In this document: positions 33,534 to 46,975 of the stretch, in pieces
Numbering within the stretch: position 1 is the stretch's first letter
How the letters are laid out: each line of letters opens with the position of its first letter
Assembly: GCA_047495785.1 (NCBI GenBank)
Contig: JBLDXI010000001.1
Span: forward strand, 3,906,001-3,970,000
From: Lepidodermella squamata
Taxonomy: Eukaryota > Animalia > Gastrotricha
DNA: 64,000 nucleotides
Direction of reading: 5' to 3'
Position numbers and translations under genes: made by a program
Notes under the pieces: generated by a model
Told to the model about the DNA's origin: nothing
Databases searched by the model: none
Seen by the model: the letters and a program-made list of their open reading frames with translations, nothing else

Positions 33534-36396
33534 ATGGATATTAGAATGCTCGAGGACGACCAAGCAAGCTGTAATAGGCTTGTTTCTTTGTTAAAGGAGA
33601 TATCGCATACTGCTCACGAAAATGTGGTTCTGTTTGGCACGGAAAAATCAAGTGGTGCCGTTTCACGTCAAATGGCTGAATGTTTTGCCGTAATTCGCTC
33701 CCAGCTCAATGAATCGATTATACCCCTCGTGAAGGAGCTATACGCTGTCGCCCGTCGATACGACCCATGCCCTGAAATCAAAGCTAACGGCATTCGAAGT
33801 TGGCTTATGTCAGTCGAAAAACTCGGCGCCTTGCTTCTTCAGATGAGCCATTATGCTGCTGTTAAAAAGAATAGCATGTTCTTCCGACAAGCTCAATTTG
33901 CCTACAAGTTGCAAGTTCACACCGACTATCTATGCGCGCTGAAGCATGTCCTCGAGATAGCTCTGCGACTAACATCAGTTGGAAATGGGAGTGCAATAAT
34001 TGCTGATTCGCATCAAGATCCTTCTATAACTATCGATGAAACAATAGACTTGATTAGTGAGATGCGCCAAATCGATGTTTCATCCTTCTGCGGCCGCACA
34101 AACTGCTTTCATTTTGCTGATTCCGCTCAAGGCGTTGCTCAAGGTATACTGCTGACCTTCGCAACTTTCAGTGCCTCCTACGGACCAGTTTCGCCGCTGC
34201 AAGCCGCTATTCATCATCAGCAATCAAGTCCGGTCGAAGTTGACTCGAAAAAGCCGAAAAAATCGGTGGGAGCTGGTTTTCTCTCACTGCTCTCGAATCC
34301 TGATATTTTATCGAAACAAGTACTCTGGGCTCTGGCTAATTTTGATCTCGCAAATGTGAAGCGATTCTGGCAACTGGGCGACAATCCGTTACTACTAGCT
34401 GGTGCAGACTTACTAATACCCTCGTTATACCTCACCCAAGGCATCAATTTACACTCTGTGCCTCTGACAATCGCCTCATTGACCGGCGACTTGGTGACCA
34501 TTGAGCCACCATCATGTTTTACTGGATTGAGACCCATAAAAACGCGGCTGCTTTCAAGCGTTTTACGACAGGGCCAGGTAAATAGTGCTATTAGATGGTT
34601 AAATTATCACTGTTATTGCTCTTTTATAGGAATATTGGCTTAGGTCTGGTACTCCGACCGCTCCCTTGGCTGATGCAATCGTTTTCCATGTTCACGGGGG
34701 AGGTTTCATTTGTCAGTCCGCCCGAGCTCAGGAGGTCTTCCTTAAAAGTTACTGTCGACTAACTGGAGTTCCATTTTTCTGCGTTGATTACGCACTGCTG
34801 CCTGAAGATCCTTTCCCAAGAGCGATTGAAGAAGGTATGAATCCTCTGCTGTGATTCCTCAAATTCAAAATAATATTCAACGTTGTTATTTTCAGTTCTC
34901 TATGCCTATTGTTGGATGCTGAATAATTCTCAAAAATTGGGTAAGTTTCAATATTTTCTTCTAGAATAAAATTGTGATTTTTCTCCATTTTAGGTACTAC
35001 GGCTAAACGTATCGTTACAATAGGCGATAGCGCAGGGGCTGCGCTTTTGTTGGCTATGTGCATTCAGTTGGCTGAATTGAACATTCGCATGCCTGATTCG
35101 ATGCTTTTGGTGTACCCGTACTGCTGCTCGTCATTTGCGCCTTCCCCATCTCGACTTCTCGCCTTAGCCGACCCGATTGTGCCGATTCCTTTGCTGGTTC
35201 GATGCTGCTGTGGTGAGTCGCTACTTATTCTATTGAATAGCCCGCAAAAAAATTCAGAAGCGTCAGGCCTTATTCATGCTGCAATTTGACCTTTGACCTG
35301 ACCTCTGAACTTTGCCCTTTCAGAGGTCAATGGGGTCATTTAAATTGCGAACTTTAGAACCAAGCCTTTGAAATGATTAATCATTTAAATTTAGAGTTTT
35401 TTATAACTAAACATTTTTAGAACAATTTTTTTTTAATTTTATTTGAAAAAACTTTTCTGCGTATAATCTGGTCTTATTCTAGCTTACTAATATTAACTTT
35501 CTTCGTCCCTCTCAGGATATGCTGGTTTATCTGAGGAAGAAGCGAGACTGGTTCTCGGCATCGGAGCCTTGGATCATCACCATAATCACTACCCAAGTCG
35601 TTGCTCTGAGGAAACATCCAGCCAAGCCCACGAAACTCCGATTCCTTCGCCCGATTGCGGTTCCAGCCGTCGAAATTCTCTGTCAATCAACGACTCAACC
35701 CTGATAAATCGGCACAGACGAAGCGCATCGGCCCCTACGCCGTACCACGGTTTATCCACCTCGAAATCAGTTGGATCAGCTCTCGGTCGACTGGCAGAAC
35801 ACGATTCGTTGCCTCGATCTCGGCTTCAGCATATGAGAAATAAATCAGACCTAGGGCTGGTTGATTTGAATTTTCGACGAATGCGAATGTCTGAATCGGA
35901 ACGAATGACCCTGGCTGATTTGTTGGCATTGCCTATATTCTCTGACCCGCTTTTCTCGCCAGTTTTAGCCTCGGATGAAATTTTGATGAAGTTCCCGAAA
36001 ATTCATTTGGTCGGAAGTACGGCTGATCCGTTACTCGACGATTCGGTCAGTTTCTGCCGCAAAATGCGAAATATTGGGCGCAAAATCGATTTTACCGTCC
36101 TCGAGGGCCTGCCGCATGGTTTCCTGAATTTGGCCCTCGTCTCTCGCGCCTGTGCTGATGGCCAGGCGAAAGTTGGCGAGATATTGCGGCAAATGGTTAG
36201 CGAGCCGTTTTCAGCGAGTTCCTCCGAAATATCACTGCCCTGCCTGGCTGAAGAGACCGAGGTGGTCGAAACGCGACGATTCAAGCTGAGCCCGTCTCTT
36301 ATTGAAACAACGATGAGTATGTTCAGCTCAATCGGCTCCTTTTCGATGGCTGGATTAAGGCGGCGAATGTTTGTAGCCGGCGATGGTGATGATTGA
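33534..36396 (+). CDS. LIPE: Hormone-sensitive lipase-like, paralog 1
   Basis: Exons 33534-34577, 34630-34834, 34896-34940, 34994-35212 and 35516-36396. HSL_N domain (ANGIRSW, FCGRTNCFHF), HGGGF, GDSAG, DPLLDD and HGF, so the catalytic triad is intact. Confidence 0.88.
35281..35349. promoter_or_regulatory. Palindromic cluster of nuclear-receptor half-sites (DR1s) in a lipase intron
   Basis: TGACCTTTGACCT (perfect DR1), TGAACTTTGCCCT (HNF4-type DR1) and AGGTCAATGGGGTCA sit inside an imperfect inverted repeat. Confidence 0.4.
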
Positions 36397-37133
36397 GTGT
36401 GCTTTTTTTCTCGAAAATTTGAGTTCAGAGCGAAATTTAGGATTTTTTTCGAGAATTTTTTTCAACGTTGTAATCAGTGTGGTTATTTATCTATAAATGT
36501 TTTCGTGCTAATGTTATAATGCCGAAATATGTCTCATCTTTTTGCCCGTCTCGCGTCTGTGTGCCGGTGCTTTTTTACTATTGAAGTATGTAGTTTGTGA
36601 CTTTTAATTCTGATTTAATAAAACCGCCCGGTAGGGACTTTTCATCTAATAAATTGAATGAGAAATAACACGAGTCAAGGTTCAACTTTTTTGAAGAATT
36701 TACTCAGTCCCTAGCAGGTGGTCAAGTATTTGTGTCTTATTTGTTAGTATTTTCTTATTATTTTCTTCAGTTTAACGACAAGCAAAATCGGTTGACATTT
36801 TTTATTTCTACGAGTCAAGTGAGAAAAAATTTAATGTTTCATCATTATTTATCTTTGTTGCGCTTTTTTCGTTCGGTTCTTTTCGTGTTCGTATTTGGAT
36901 AAGAAAAACCAATCCAATTGATGATAAATTTCTAAGCTGAAATGCAATAAAAAAAATTATTGTTCGAATTGCTATGACCCTTTTTTACTTACCTAATCGC
37001 TTCATTTTTTCATAGGAATCAAACGTATTAACATCACAGTAATTTTATCCTGAAGCGACAATTCGTGTGATCAAAACCAGAATAATTTAAAAACAAATCT
37101 CACTGAATTTTATCGCGAAATATTTTATCAACA

Positions 37134-40100
37134 ATGGACGCCGTTGACCGAGCTGCCTGCAACAAATTGATCTCGCTACTGCGCCTTGTCGCGTCGCGGG
37201 CGCTCGAAAACGAGGCGTATTTTACGGGGCCGAACAAGCTGGACGTGATTGACAAGGCGTTTCGTGAAAGCTTCTACTTGCTGCACCAAACTATCAACAG
37301 CGAAGTGATTGCTAATGTCGAAGAATTGTACCAGGTTAGTCATGAAAAAATTTGAAATTTGAAATACAAGCAAAGCGGGGCATTTCTTTTAAATTCATAT
37401 GTCGTAGTCTAATAAGCAATTTAGTTGGATTGGGAATCCAGCTAGTTTTTTTGCCAATTTGCTCATAAAACTAGTTTAATATTCGGCAATAATTGATCCA
37501 ATACACCAATTAGGATTAAATGGCAGAATATTGCTCGAGTAATCGAAAATCTTGAGATTCCAACCGCGAAGAAGGTCGGGAGTGGTTTTCTTGACCGTTC
37601 TGTTTCTTTTATTTCGTGGAATGGCGGAATGGCTCCACCTTAACGAAATTTGATTTTTACAAAATACGGCTCAAAAATAGCCAAAAAATCAATCGAGTTG
37701 ATATGACAAATCTTGAGCCTCTCTTCTTAGGAGGTAATGTTTTGCGCAATAATTGTGTTCGATTGCCTTATAAACTAGTTTTTTAAAAGTTTGCTTATTA
37801 AACTAGTGACTCAACTAGTGACTAAATTGCTTATTAGAATACGACACATATAAAAAATTATTTCATTGCGTTACTTTTTCTAAATTCAGAATTTATTTCT
37901 AAATTGCGCTTTTAACTATTGATCGATCGATCGGGAAGAATTTATTGACGATTTCGAGCTAAGGCTGGCTAAATTTTGCCGTTCTATTCATTTTTGACCT
38001 CCTCGAATGGTTTCAAGAAACTTTCGCCGCTTTATTAGGAAAATCGGGAGTATCGTTTCGGGAATTCCTCGAATCTAAGACCGAGCTTTTAGATGATATT
38101 GATGAGTTTTCTGGAAATTCCTACGTCCTTTCTTTCCATTCGATCAAAGAATGGGTAGTTCACTGATATCCAGGCATAATATCCCCGATCCCTTCTCTTG
38201 TACTTCTCTTGGAAGGAAGCTTGCACCACAGTATCGGCAGGTCTTCAGTTTTTCAGTGAGTTGGAAACTTTTGCGGTTAACCGGCGTGGCTGATAATAAG
38301 GCGCAGCGAAAATTCCAGGGAAACCGACAGAGGGCTGGTTGATGAAATCGAAGCTATAAAAGAAAAGCGATGGCGCCAAAGCGTTGGGGAGGCTATTTTT
38401 CACATGTGCAATCAACAGATGTTGATCTGACATTTTAGTAGAAAATCGAAAATAATCTGAGGTTAAAGATTTCGTAATAGATTCGCTTATAAGAAGCAAC
38501 ATATTGACCACGAGAGGCAATTCAGCAGGATGCTTTGATAATGTTCCGGAGTTTCACCTTTTGTCAAGGCGGCGGCCTTGAACCTGCATATGGAAAAAAT
38601 CCGGAATTATGATAATTTTCTCGGGTCCTAGCCGAATTATTTGACCACCTGATCGAACCCGCCAGTTTGGGCGAGTACTGATCGAACCGACGCTGTTTCG
38701 CCGGCGAGTTATAAACAATAAGAGCATTAGAAAGTTCGGCCCTAAATTGAGTATCGGTCATCGTGCTTGTCGAAGCTTCAGTGAGCTTTCGCTTCTTTCA
38801 AGGAGGGGGACTTACGGGACTAATGCGATCCGTTCGAAAAGGATACAAACTTATAGTTGAGAATCGACTTGGCGATTTCACAGTTACAATCCGCCCTTTT
38901 GGCATGGTTTTGAATACTTAGCCTGACAGAAAGCCTTCTTCGGACGAAAAACCGCGATCTGCCTGAGCTTCAACTTGAGCAGGTTCAATGCCTTGAGTGA
39001 CATCGTTAACACCAGCGGGTTCTTTTGATAATTCACTTCCATCCGGCCCTTCGCCTGAGCTTGGACTTCAACTTTGGAGTTCTCTTCTACAAGCCCTCGA
39101 TTCGCCTCCCTCAAAAGGACTTGAAATTGCGTGCTATTTTATTTGAATTTTTCTTAATTGTTGATGTAAAAAAATAGATCTGTTCAAAATTTTGTGGGCG
39201 GGGAAACCCTACGTCTATTTGCAGTATAAGAAGCTGTAATTGAATAACAAAAGCGGTCTTAAGGGATATATTTATAATGGAAATTATGAACAATTAACTT
39301 ATTATCTTTTCTTTTAGGTTGTTGGTCGGTTCGATGCTGATGTCGACATCAAAGCTAATGGCTTCCGAAGCTGGCTCGCCACCGTCAACCGGCTAGCGAC
39401 CGAACTGAACAAAATCTGCGACTTCATCGACTCGAAGCGCACAAGTGTCTTCTTCCGCCGCGTTAAAATGGCTGAACGCCTGAAACACCACGTTGACTAT
39501 TTCGCCTCCACGGCGCAATGTCTCGCGCTGCTGAAGCGTTACCCGGGTCTCAGCGACTCGCTTATCATCGACCCGGCGTTGGACAGCAAAATCAAAATGC
39601 CGGAATTGTTGGACCTTATCAGCGACATGCGGCAAATCAATGTGAAGGCGTTCCGCGGTCGCACGCATTGCTTTCACTTCGACGACTCAATTTGGCCGAT
39701 TGCTCAAGGCGCGATGCTGATTTTCGCCGCCTACATTCAAACGTACAAGATTAAACATGGTTTGCTTGACAAATCGCACGCCTCGCGCCGCAAGAAGGCG
39801 TCGATGCAGTCGATTGACGAGGAACGACCTGGCTCACCCGATTCCGGGACTGGTTCAACTGAAAGCCCGGATGTTGCATCCAGCGCTCGGCGCTTATTCT
39901 CATTTGCGACTGATAGCAACGCTTTGGCGGAGGAAGTCTCATGGGGCTTTGCCAATTTGGACCTGGCGCATATGCAGTGTTTTTGGAATTTGGGCGATAA
40001 CCCTATGCTGTTGGCTGGTATTGACCTGCTTGTGCCGAATATTGCGATCAGTGTGCCGATCAACTTGTATTCCGTGCCGTTGTCGGTTCGTTCGGCTGAT

Positions 40101-42641
40101 GGCGATCGCGTGATTACGATCGACCCGCCGGAGAGTGGGACTGGAATTCGCCCGACCAAGTGCCGCTTGCTGTCTGGTGTTATCAGATCAGGACAGGTAA
40201 ATCAGTATTCGAATCTTGATAATCACTAGCTTCTCTTGAATTCATTAATCTGCACTCTGAACCAACAAATCAAAGCCTAAGGTCGCAAAAAAAGCATTCA
40301 TCTCTCCACAAAGCGTGTCCCATAAGTTGCGCAACCATTTCGTAATTTTGCAAATTTTTAAAGAAAATGAAAATAATTGTTTGAAATTGGGCCCATTGAG
40401 AGAATAATATTCCATCCTTTATCCACGATTTTGCCGAAGAAATGATAATTTGCCGAAGAAAACCCTGAAACCCCGATGGTAGCTTGTTCGGTAATTTTCT
40501 GTTTTTACCTGGTTGGGTCAAATTTCTTCGGATTTTTTAATCCCGTTAAAAAGAGACATTATTACTATTCTAATGGCATTTCAGATACGGTTTGGCGATT
40601 TTTCTGGCCATGAGATGTAACTTCGCCTCTCATTGTAGAGTTTCTGATCCCTTTTCCCCATATTTTCTCATATTGGACACGCTGTAATTACCGTATTTTA
40701 TCGAATAGTATCCAACCTCAAATAATAGCCCCCTCGAATAATAGCCACAAAAATCCATGCAAATATTGGGTCCAAAGGTTAATAATAGCCCACCTCGAAT
40801 AATAGCCACATTCCATGAATGTCAATAGTTCTAGTATATCAGCTCTTGTAGAAAGAATGTGGGAGGTGGCTAGCGTGCCAGAAGAAAATTGAGACGTAGA
40901 GAAGAGTAAGTGCGACAACGAGGAAGATAACTACAGTGCATTTAAGCTTAATTACAGCGGCAAAGAGGAATATATTCAAGCTAAAAAGGACTAAAAATGT
41001 CTGTTGAAGTGATGATTTGACGTTTTAAGATAAATAATAACCTGCCTTGAATAAAAGCCCCCTCGAATAATAGTCCGATTTTTTTCCCTACTTTTCGAGT
41101 TCGGATAAAAATAATATCCCAGGATACTATTCGATAAAATACGGTATGACCTAAGTTATATCCAATGGGACCCTACTCTTGATATAGCCGGTTATTTTTC
41201 AAATAACCTCGAACTTCTGACATTTTTCGGGCAGCACGGTATTTGAGCCTCTATTCGGACTGTTAACTGTCAGAGCTTCATAGATCCGGGGATTAATTAC
41301 CTCGCTTTTCGAATCAATGATGTGTTTCCGTATCGCTTTTATGTAGCTCCTCGCTCGTGAATCACTATTTACTGTTGGAATTTCGTCTAATTGCTTTTTT
41401 CGATTTTAGGAATATTGGCTGCAACGTGAAATGCCTGAGAAGCAACTGAAACCACTAAGCGATTGCATCGTGTTTCAAGTTCACGGCGGTGGTTTCATCT
41501 GCCAGTCGTCGCGCTCGCAGGAAGGCTACCTGCGTCAGTTCTGCATCGAAACCGAAGTGCCCTTCTTCTGCGTCGATTATTCTCTTCTGCCCGATTGCTT
41601 CCCACGAGCCGCTGAAGAGTCCATCTACGCTTTTTGTTGGATGTTGGAGAACTTCGCGAAACTAGGCACTACTGGCAAGCGAATTGTAGCTTTTGGCGAC
41701 TCGGCCGGTTGTTGCCTGCTCATGAGCATGTGCGTGCGTTTGGCCGAACTTGGCATCCGAGTTCCGGACGCTATGAACTTTGTCTATCCCTACACTTGTG
41801 CCGCCTTCGCCCCATCGCCGTCTCGGCTGTTGGCCCACGCTGATCCGATTGTGCCGATTCCGCTTCTGCTGCGTTGCTGCTTTGGTAAGACATATTTCTA
41901 TTCGATTCGAAGTTCTCGGAATCATATTATCTTCCCGGCCTAATGCATAGAAGTTACTTGGGTTTGAGTAGTCAGCTAAAAATCTGGCGCTTCTTGAGAT
42001 GGATTTAGATTTAGATTGTGGGAACCCTTTTTCTCAATTTTTATGTATTTTAAGGTTACGCCAATTTGCCGGAAGAAGGCGTCCGCACTGTTTTGGGCGT
42101 TGGCGAGATCGGTAGCGACTGCGACTCGGCTTACAGCAGCCCAGATGTGCCTCATGTTAGCAGAACTGGGATGTTATCGCCCGCCGGACTGCGCCATTCG
42201 CAGTCGGCGCCTGGTCTTCTGTCAAAGCAAGTCAACAAGCCGCTTGATTCTACCTCAACTTCGCCTAAAAGCACGAAAACGTCCGCCAAGACGCAGTACG
42301 ACTTCGTGCAGGTGCCCTTCACCAACAGCGAGCGTCTCGATGTTGCGGAAATGCTGTCAAACCCGGCATTTTTCGACCCATTTTGCTCGCCTATCATCGC
42401 ACCGGATGCCATTTTAGCTAAAATGCCCTTTCTCCACATTTTAGGCTCAACTGCCGATCCGTTATTGGACGATTCTGTCGCGCTGTGCAAGCGAATGCGC
42501 AAGGCTGGGGCTAAATGCGAGCTGACGGTTCTCGAAGGGTTGCCGCATGGTTTCTTGAACCTAGCGCTGATCCCAGGCGCTTGCCGCATCGGTTGTGACA
42601 AGTCGAAGAAAATTTTGATCGATCTGGTCAAGATGAAATGA
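37134..42641 (+). CDS. LIPE: Hormone-sensitive lipase-like, paralog 2
   Basis: Exons 37134-37334, 39318-40196, 41410-41884 and 42055-42641. ANGFRSW, HGGGF, GDSAG, DPLLDD and HGF are present. Confidence 0.88.
37399..37847. mobile_element. MITE family A, copy 1 (in lipase 2 intron 1)
   Basis: TIR tgtcgtagtctaataagcaatttagt...actaaattgcttattagaatacgaca. The internal sequence is the reverse complement of 51839-52315. Confidence 0.88.
40691..41144. mobile_element. Tc1/mariner(pogo)-type MITE
   Basis: Perfect 23-bp TIR CCGTATTTTATCGAATAGTATCC / GGATACTATTCGATAAAATACGG, flanked by TA on both sides. Subterminal CCTCGAATAATAGCC repeats. Confidence 0.92.
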
Positions 42642-43265
42642 TGCATAAAGCTGCTACAAATGATGCATAAAACTGACAGTTTTTAATTTTTTGTCGTCTT
42701 ATAAATTAACAGAGTATTGTTTTTAACCGGATGGTTGTGTAACCGACATGTTTATGATCGTTGTTTTTTCTGACTGAGATTTTTGTATAAAAATATTGCC
42801 TCGCGTCTTTTGTTGCTTATTTTTTTACTGATACTCTCACTACAAAAAAATGATGATGTGAATCGCTTTCCGAAACTACTACCCCAGAAAACGCTGCTTT
42901 CAAATTCAAAGAAATCGCGATTTTTATTATTATCATAAGAATTATTATAATTATAAATAAATCAAGAGAAGTATTCAAAAAACGGACTTTTTATAAATGC
43001 TCGGAAACTTTTCGACGGAACGAATTTTGATATCTTCGCTGTGGAATGGTAGAACGAGGTTCTGCGGAGCTGACCCCTGACCTTTCAAATCTGCACTAAC
43101 ATTAACTTCAAGGTCATTGAAGTCCCTAAACCGGCAATATCGCCTGAAAATTATCGCTATCAGTGGTTGAAATGCTGGACTCAATAGATAACGGAAACCG
43201 TCGGATAAGAGACGAGAAGACCCGGCTTGCTCCTCCAGTTTCCCAGGTTTTTTTGCACCATAACG

Positions 43266-44415
43266 ATGCGCTACACTACGAAACTGTTGCCTAATGGCCC
43301 ACGGCCTACTTCGACATTTGGTAAGTTTTGCCTATACTGCTATGCTTCATTTAGAAAAAAAATCATTCCATTCAGGTCTTGGTGCCGCCTCGTTTGGTTA
43401 CATGTACAGCAGGCAATCTGGGCGTCAGGAAGCTTTGGACATAATTAAGGAGGCATACGGTAATTTTTTGCGATACATCCAACCTTTTTACGAACCGCAA
43501 TTTTTTCCAGCCGCGGGCATCAATTATTTTGACACAGCACCGTGGTATGGTTTCAACGACGGCTGCACTGAGAAGCCGTTTGCTGAAGCTTTGAAGGGTA
43601 TCGACCGTTCATCATTCTACATGGCTACGAAGATCGGCTGGTATGGTGGAGATCTGAAGCCGGCGTGGAATTTCAAGGCCGATTTCATAACTGCTGGTTT
43701 CAAGCAAAGCTTGGAACATCTTCAAATGGAGTACGTTGACCTGCTTCAGGTCCACACACCTGAGGTTCTTCATCACGATCCTAACAACAAATTCGACATG
43801 TTGTTTTCGGAAACCCTACCAGCTATGGATAAGTTGCGCCAACAGGGTCTCGTGCGCCACATTGGTGTGACTTCTTATGAAATTTCAACGCTGAAAACGC
43901 TGATAGAGAAAAGCCCGGTCAAGATTGACACAGCTTTGTCATGGGCTAAACTTACTCTAGCTGATCAGGAGCTTGCTGACAGCATCGCTTGGTTCAAGCA
44001 ACGAGGCATCGGCTTGATCAATGCGTCACCTTTGGGGCGCGGGTTACTCATTTCGAATGAAAGTGCTGTCCCACGTGATAACCACTTCCATCCTGATCTA
44101 GTTAAAGCCGGCCACGTAGCCAGAAAGATGTGTGCCGATGCGGGCCTGAAGCTGGAACGGCTAGCCCTCGGCTATTGCATCGAACAGTCCGAGAAACGAG
44201 GAGTCGATATTCTACTGTCTGGTCCGTCTTCCGTGACCGAACTACGTACCAACTTGGAGATTTATGAAAACGGACTCAGTGACACTGAAAAAGCGATGAT
44301 TGGCAAGATTACTACAGGGCCGTTCGGGCCAAGCTTGAAGCATCGTGATTCGTTCAATCCCAAGCTCGAATATCTGCAGCATTGCGGTCAGTCTGGCGAG
44401 CGCCTGATTAGTTGA
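43266..44415 (+). CDS. Aldo-keto reductase, L-galactose/D-arabinose dehydrogenase-like
   Basis: Exons 43266-43320, 43376-43459 and 43511-44415. GLGAASFG, GINYFDTAPWYG, ATK and LLQVH give the D-Y-K-H tetrad. Also INASPLGRGLL. Confidence 0.88.
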
Positions 44416-46975
44416 AAGCACCCTGTAGAGTTCTCGATATTCAGCTGAGTAAGAACTTCTTTGACTGATTCTATTCAGTTATTCTGAAACCTCTTTGATT
44501 CAAAAATAAAAATAAAAATTATGAGATCCGGCGTTTTGTATTGAAAGCTTCAAAATCACAATCTAAGTCGGCCACTCGTTGGTTCAGCACCATCGTAAAC
44601 CCTTGACGATGAAGTTAAGGGACCGATATGGACTAACTCACATCAGCACATTTGACCACACAAACCGAGCATATTCTCACAAGCACTTCCGTGATGCCAA
44701 TTTTTTCGTCCCAAAGATCTAGTTCTGAAGCAAGTAAAGCATCAGGTCAAGCATTAGAGAACAATTGCCTCATCGGAAGTGGATGAATTTACCAAATTCA
44801 GCATATATATTTTCCGTCTGTTCTTGGGACATTAGTAGCATTGGCGATTCAGCTAACTTCGCACTGCCTTAGTTGATCAGGCTTCATTGCAAAATTGGGA
44901 CTAAATAGAGACTAAATATGAAAAAGGTTTGAGAAAGAATCTCGGATTCACCGAAAGCATGTAATATAGTGTGTAATTAGATCATAATTTTCCACCGCAG
45001 ACCGATCCGCAGACCGCAACCCTTCGACTCTCCGGCCAACTTCCGACGTGCAACCAATTCAAAAAAATCCAATTTCGCTGCTCTCAGTATTTTATATGAA
45101 ATGCCTTCGAGTATTGCGAATAATTATTTTGATTAAAATTATCAACAAATTTGCAGTAGTTTTTTGAAACAGTCCTTGAACTTTAAGCGGGAGATTTTTA
45201 ATTTGGCAGTTGTTCTTTTTTTGCTTGGTTTGCGATACCTGACTCCCCCGCTCTTTTATTGCAGGTATACTTACGTATGCTTCATTGTACTATGTTACGG
45301 GGAAGAATTGGCTTTTTTGTCCGGTGTGACATCGCTACTTGGCGATGAATGTCTTACATAAGTCACTGACGGTGTTCTCAGCCTATTATCTTGTCTCCTT
45401 TACTCACCTACGTTTAGTCCCTTAATGACTGGTACTTCCAACTAGGTACCTTGTTGACCACTATTTGACGTGGGCGGAATGGTCTCTACATGCATGATGC
45501 TTAGTTTCAGCCTGGGTACCCTGAGTAGTGGGCACCTACGCGTGTGGACTTGCCGAGCCTTAGCCTTACAAGTCATCGGCTGCAACTTCCGTGCTAAGAA
45601 AATGTGTCTGGCTTTTATGTCGCTGTTCATTCTTCCTCCCTTTTTGACTCATGATTCAACTGCTTTTTTATACGTGTTACCTAACCGTCCAACTCCACTT
45701 TCCATGACCTGGATGATTTCTTAGACCACCTCTTAGGGTCATCATTACTCGCTACAGTTCAAATCGTTAGATGTTAGTTTTCCGGCGTCTTGTATCTAAT
45801 TCCGTCGGTTGTTTACTAGTGATGAATTACCGACCTATCAGATATATTGCTCACTGCCGTTTCAAATTATTTAATCATTCCATGTTATTGCGAATTAGCG
45901 GAAACAGTCTCTAGCACATAAAAGACACTGTGAGCAGTATATTGGCTCATTCAAAGCAAACGTAGCCATCCTTTTTGATAATTTGTGAGCTGGAGAATCG
46001 TCTCGGCATTCTTAGATAGTGATAATAGTATAAAGATGTAGAAAGTTTCGTAAATCTACTGTTGTTGGTTGTGCATTTGATATGCCTTGAAAGGGTCTCT
46101 ACAGGAAAATGTAAGCTATTTCTACTTGAAATTAGATTTACTTATGTTCCCGATAAAAAAAACTGTATTATTATCACTTAATTTACATATACTACCGTGA
46201 TTAGACCAAGTATACGTTGTTTTTTGCTGATAAAAGCGCCCAGGTATACACAATTACTTCCGTTTTACAAATCAATTCCGATGAATTTCCGGATGATCAT
46301 TGAAAACTGAGATGATTTGTGTGATTTTCCATCAGGTAAATTTGCAAGACATCCAGCATCATTCATGCAACGTTTTTTCCTTTTAAATTGCCTCTTAAGA
46401 TTAAATGCGTTTGTTATCTAAGAACTCTCAGATGAGTCGAATGCACTGGGCCAAGTTTCAGTTTTTTAGCTTGGCGCGCGATCATCATTACTCGATATTA
46501 GCCGTATTTAGAAATGCGCGTATCCATTGTTAGCTCCTTTTGCGGCGCTTTGCTCGGCCGCAGTCTTGTGCCGATCGCTTCCTCAGACGCACATTCACTA
46601 AAACTATCGATTTTTCTTGCCTCTTGAAAAAAAACTAACAAGATTGTGAAATAAAGCGCCCGTGGGTATTATTACTATTCAGCATTTCTTATTTGCTCAC
46701 CACGTATATTTGTAATATTGCCACTACTGACGCTCTTTTATTGCATTTTCACCTTGAGCGAGAGAAATGTTGTTCACGCTTTGATTGCGTGAAAAGATAA
46801 TTTTCTGAATGATCTTTTAATTGAAAGGCATTTATGACGTAGGCATTTTTATCGCAGGTTTATCATTTTACGGACCATGTAAAATTGTGGTCGAATGAAA
46901 AGCAGCCGTGTCTTGTTGTTTTTGTGATTTTATAACGACTATTGCCAACAAAACTCAAGTTTTACTCCATCTAAC

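Noticed and set aside
44580-44720. Possible decayed THAP domain (..W..HI...HKHFRDANF)
   Set aside because: It lacks the conserved cysteines, needs frameshifts, and is too short to distinguish from chance.
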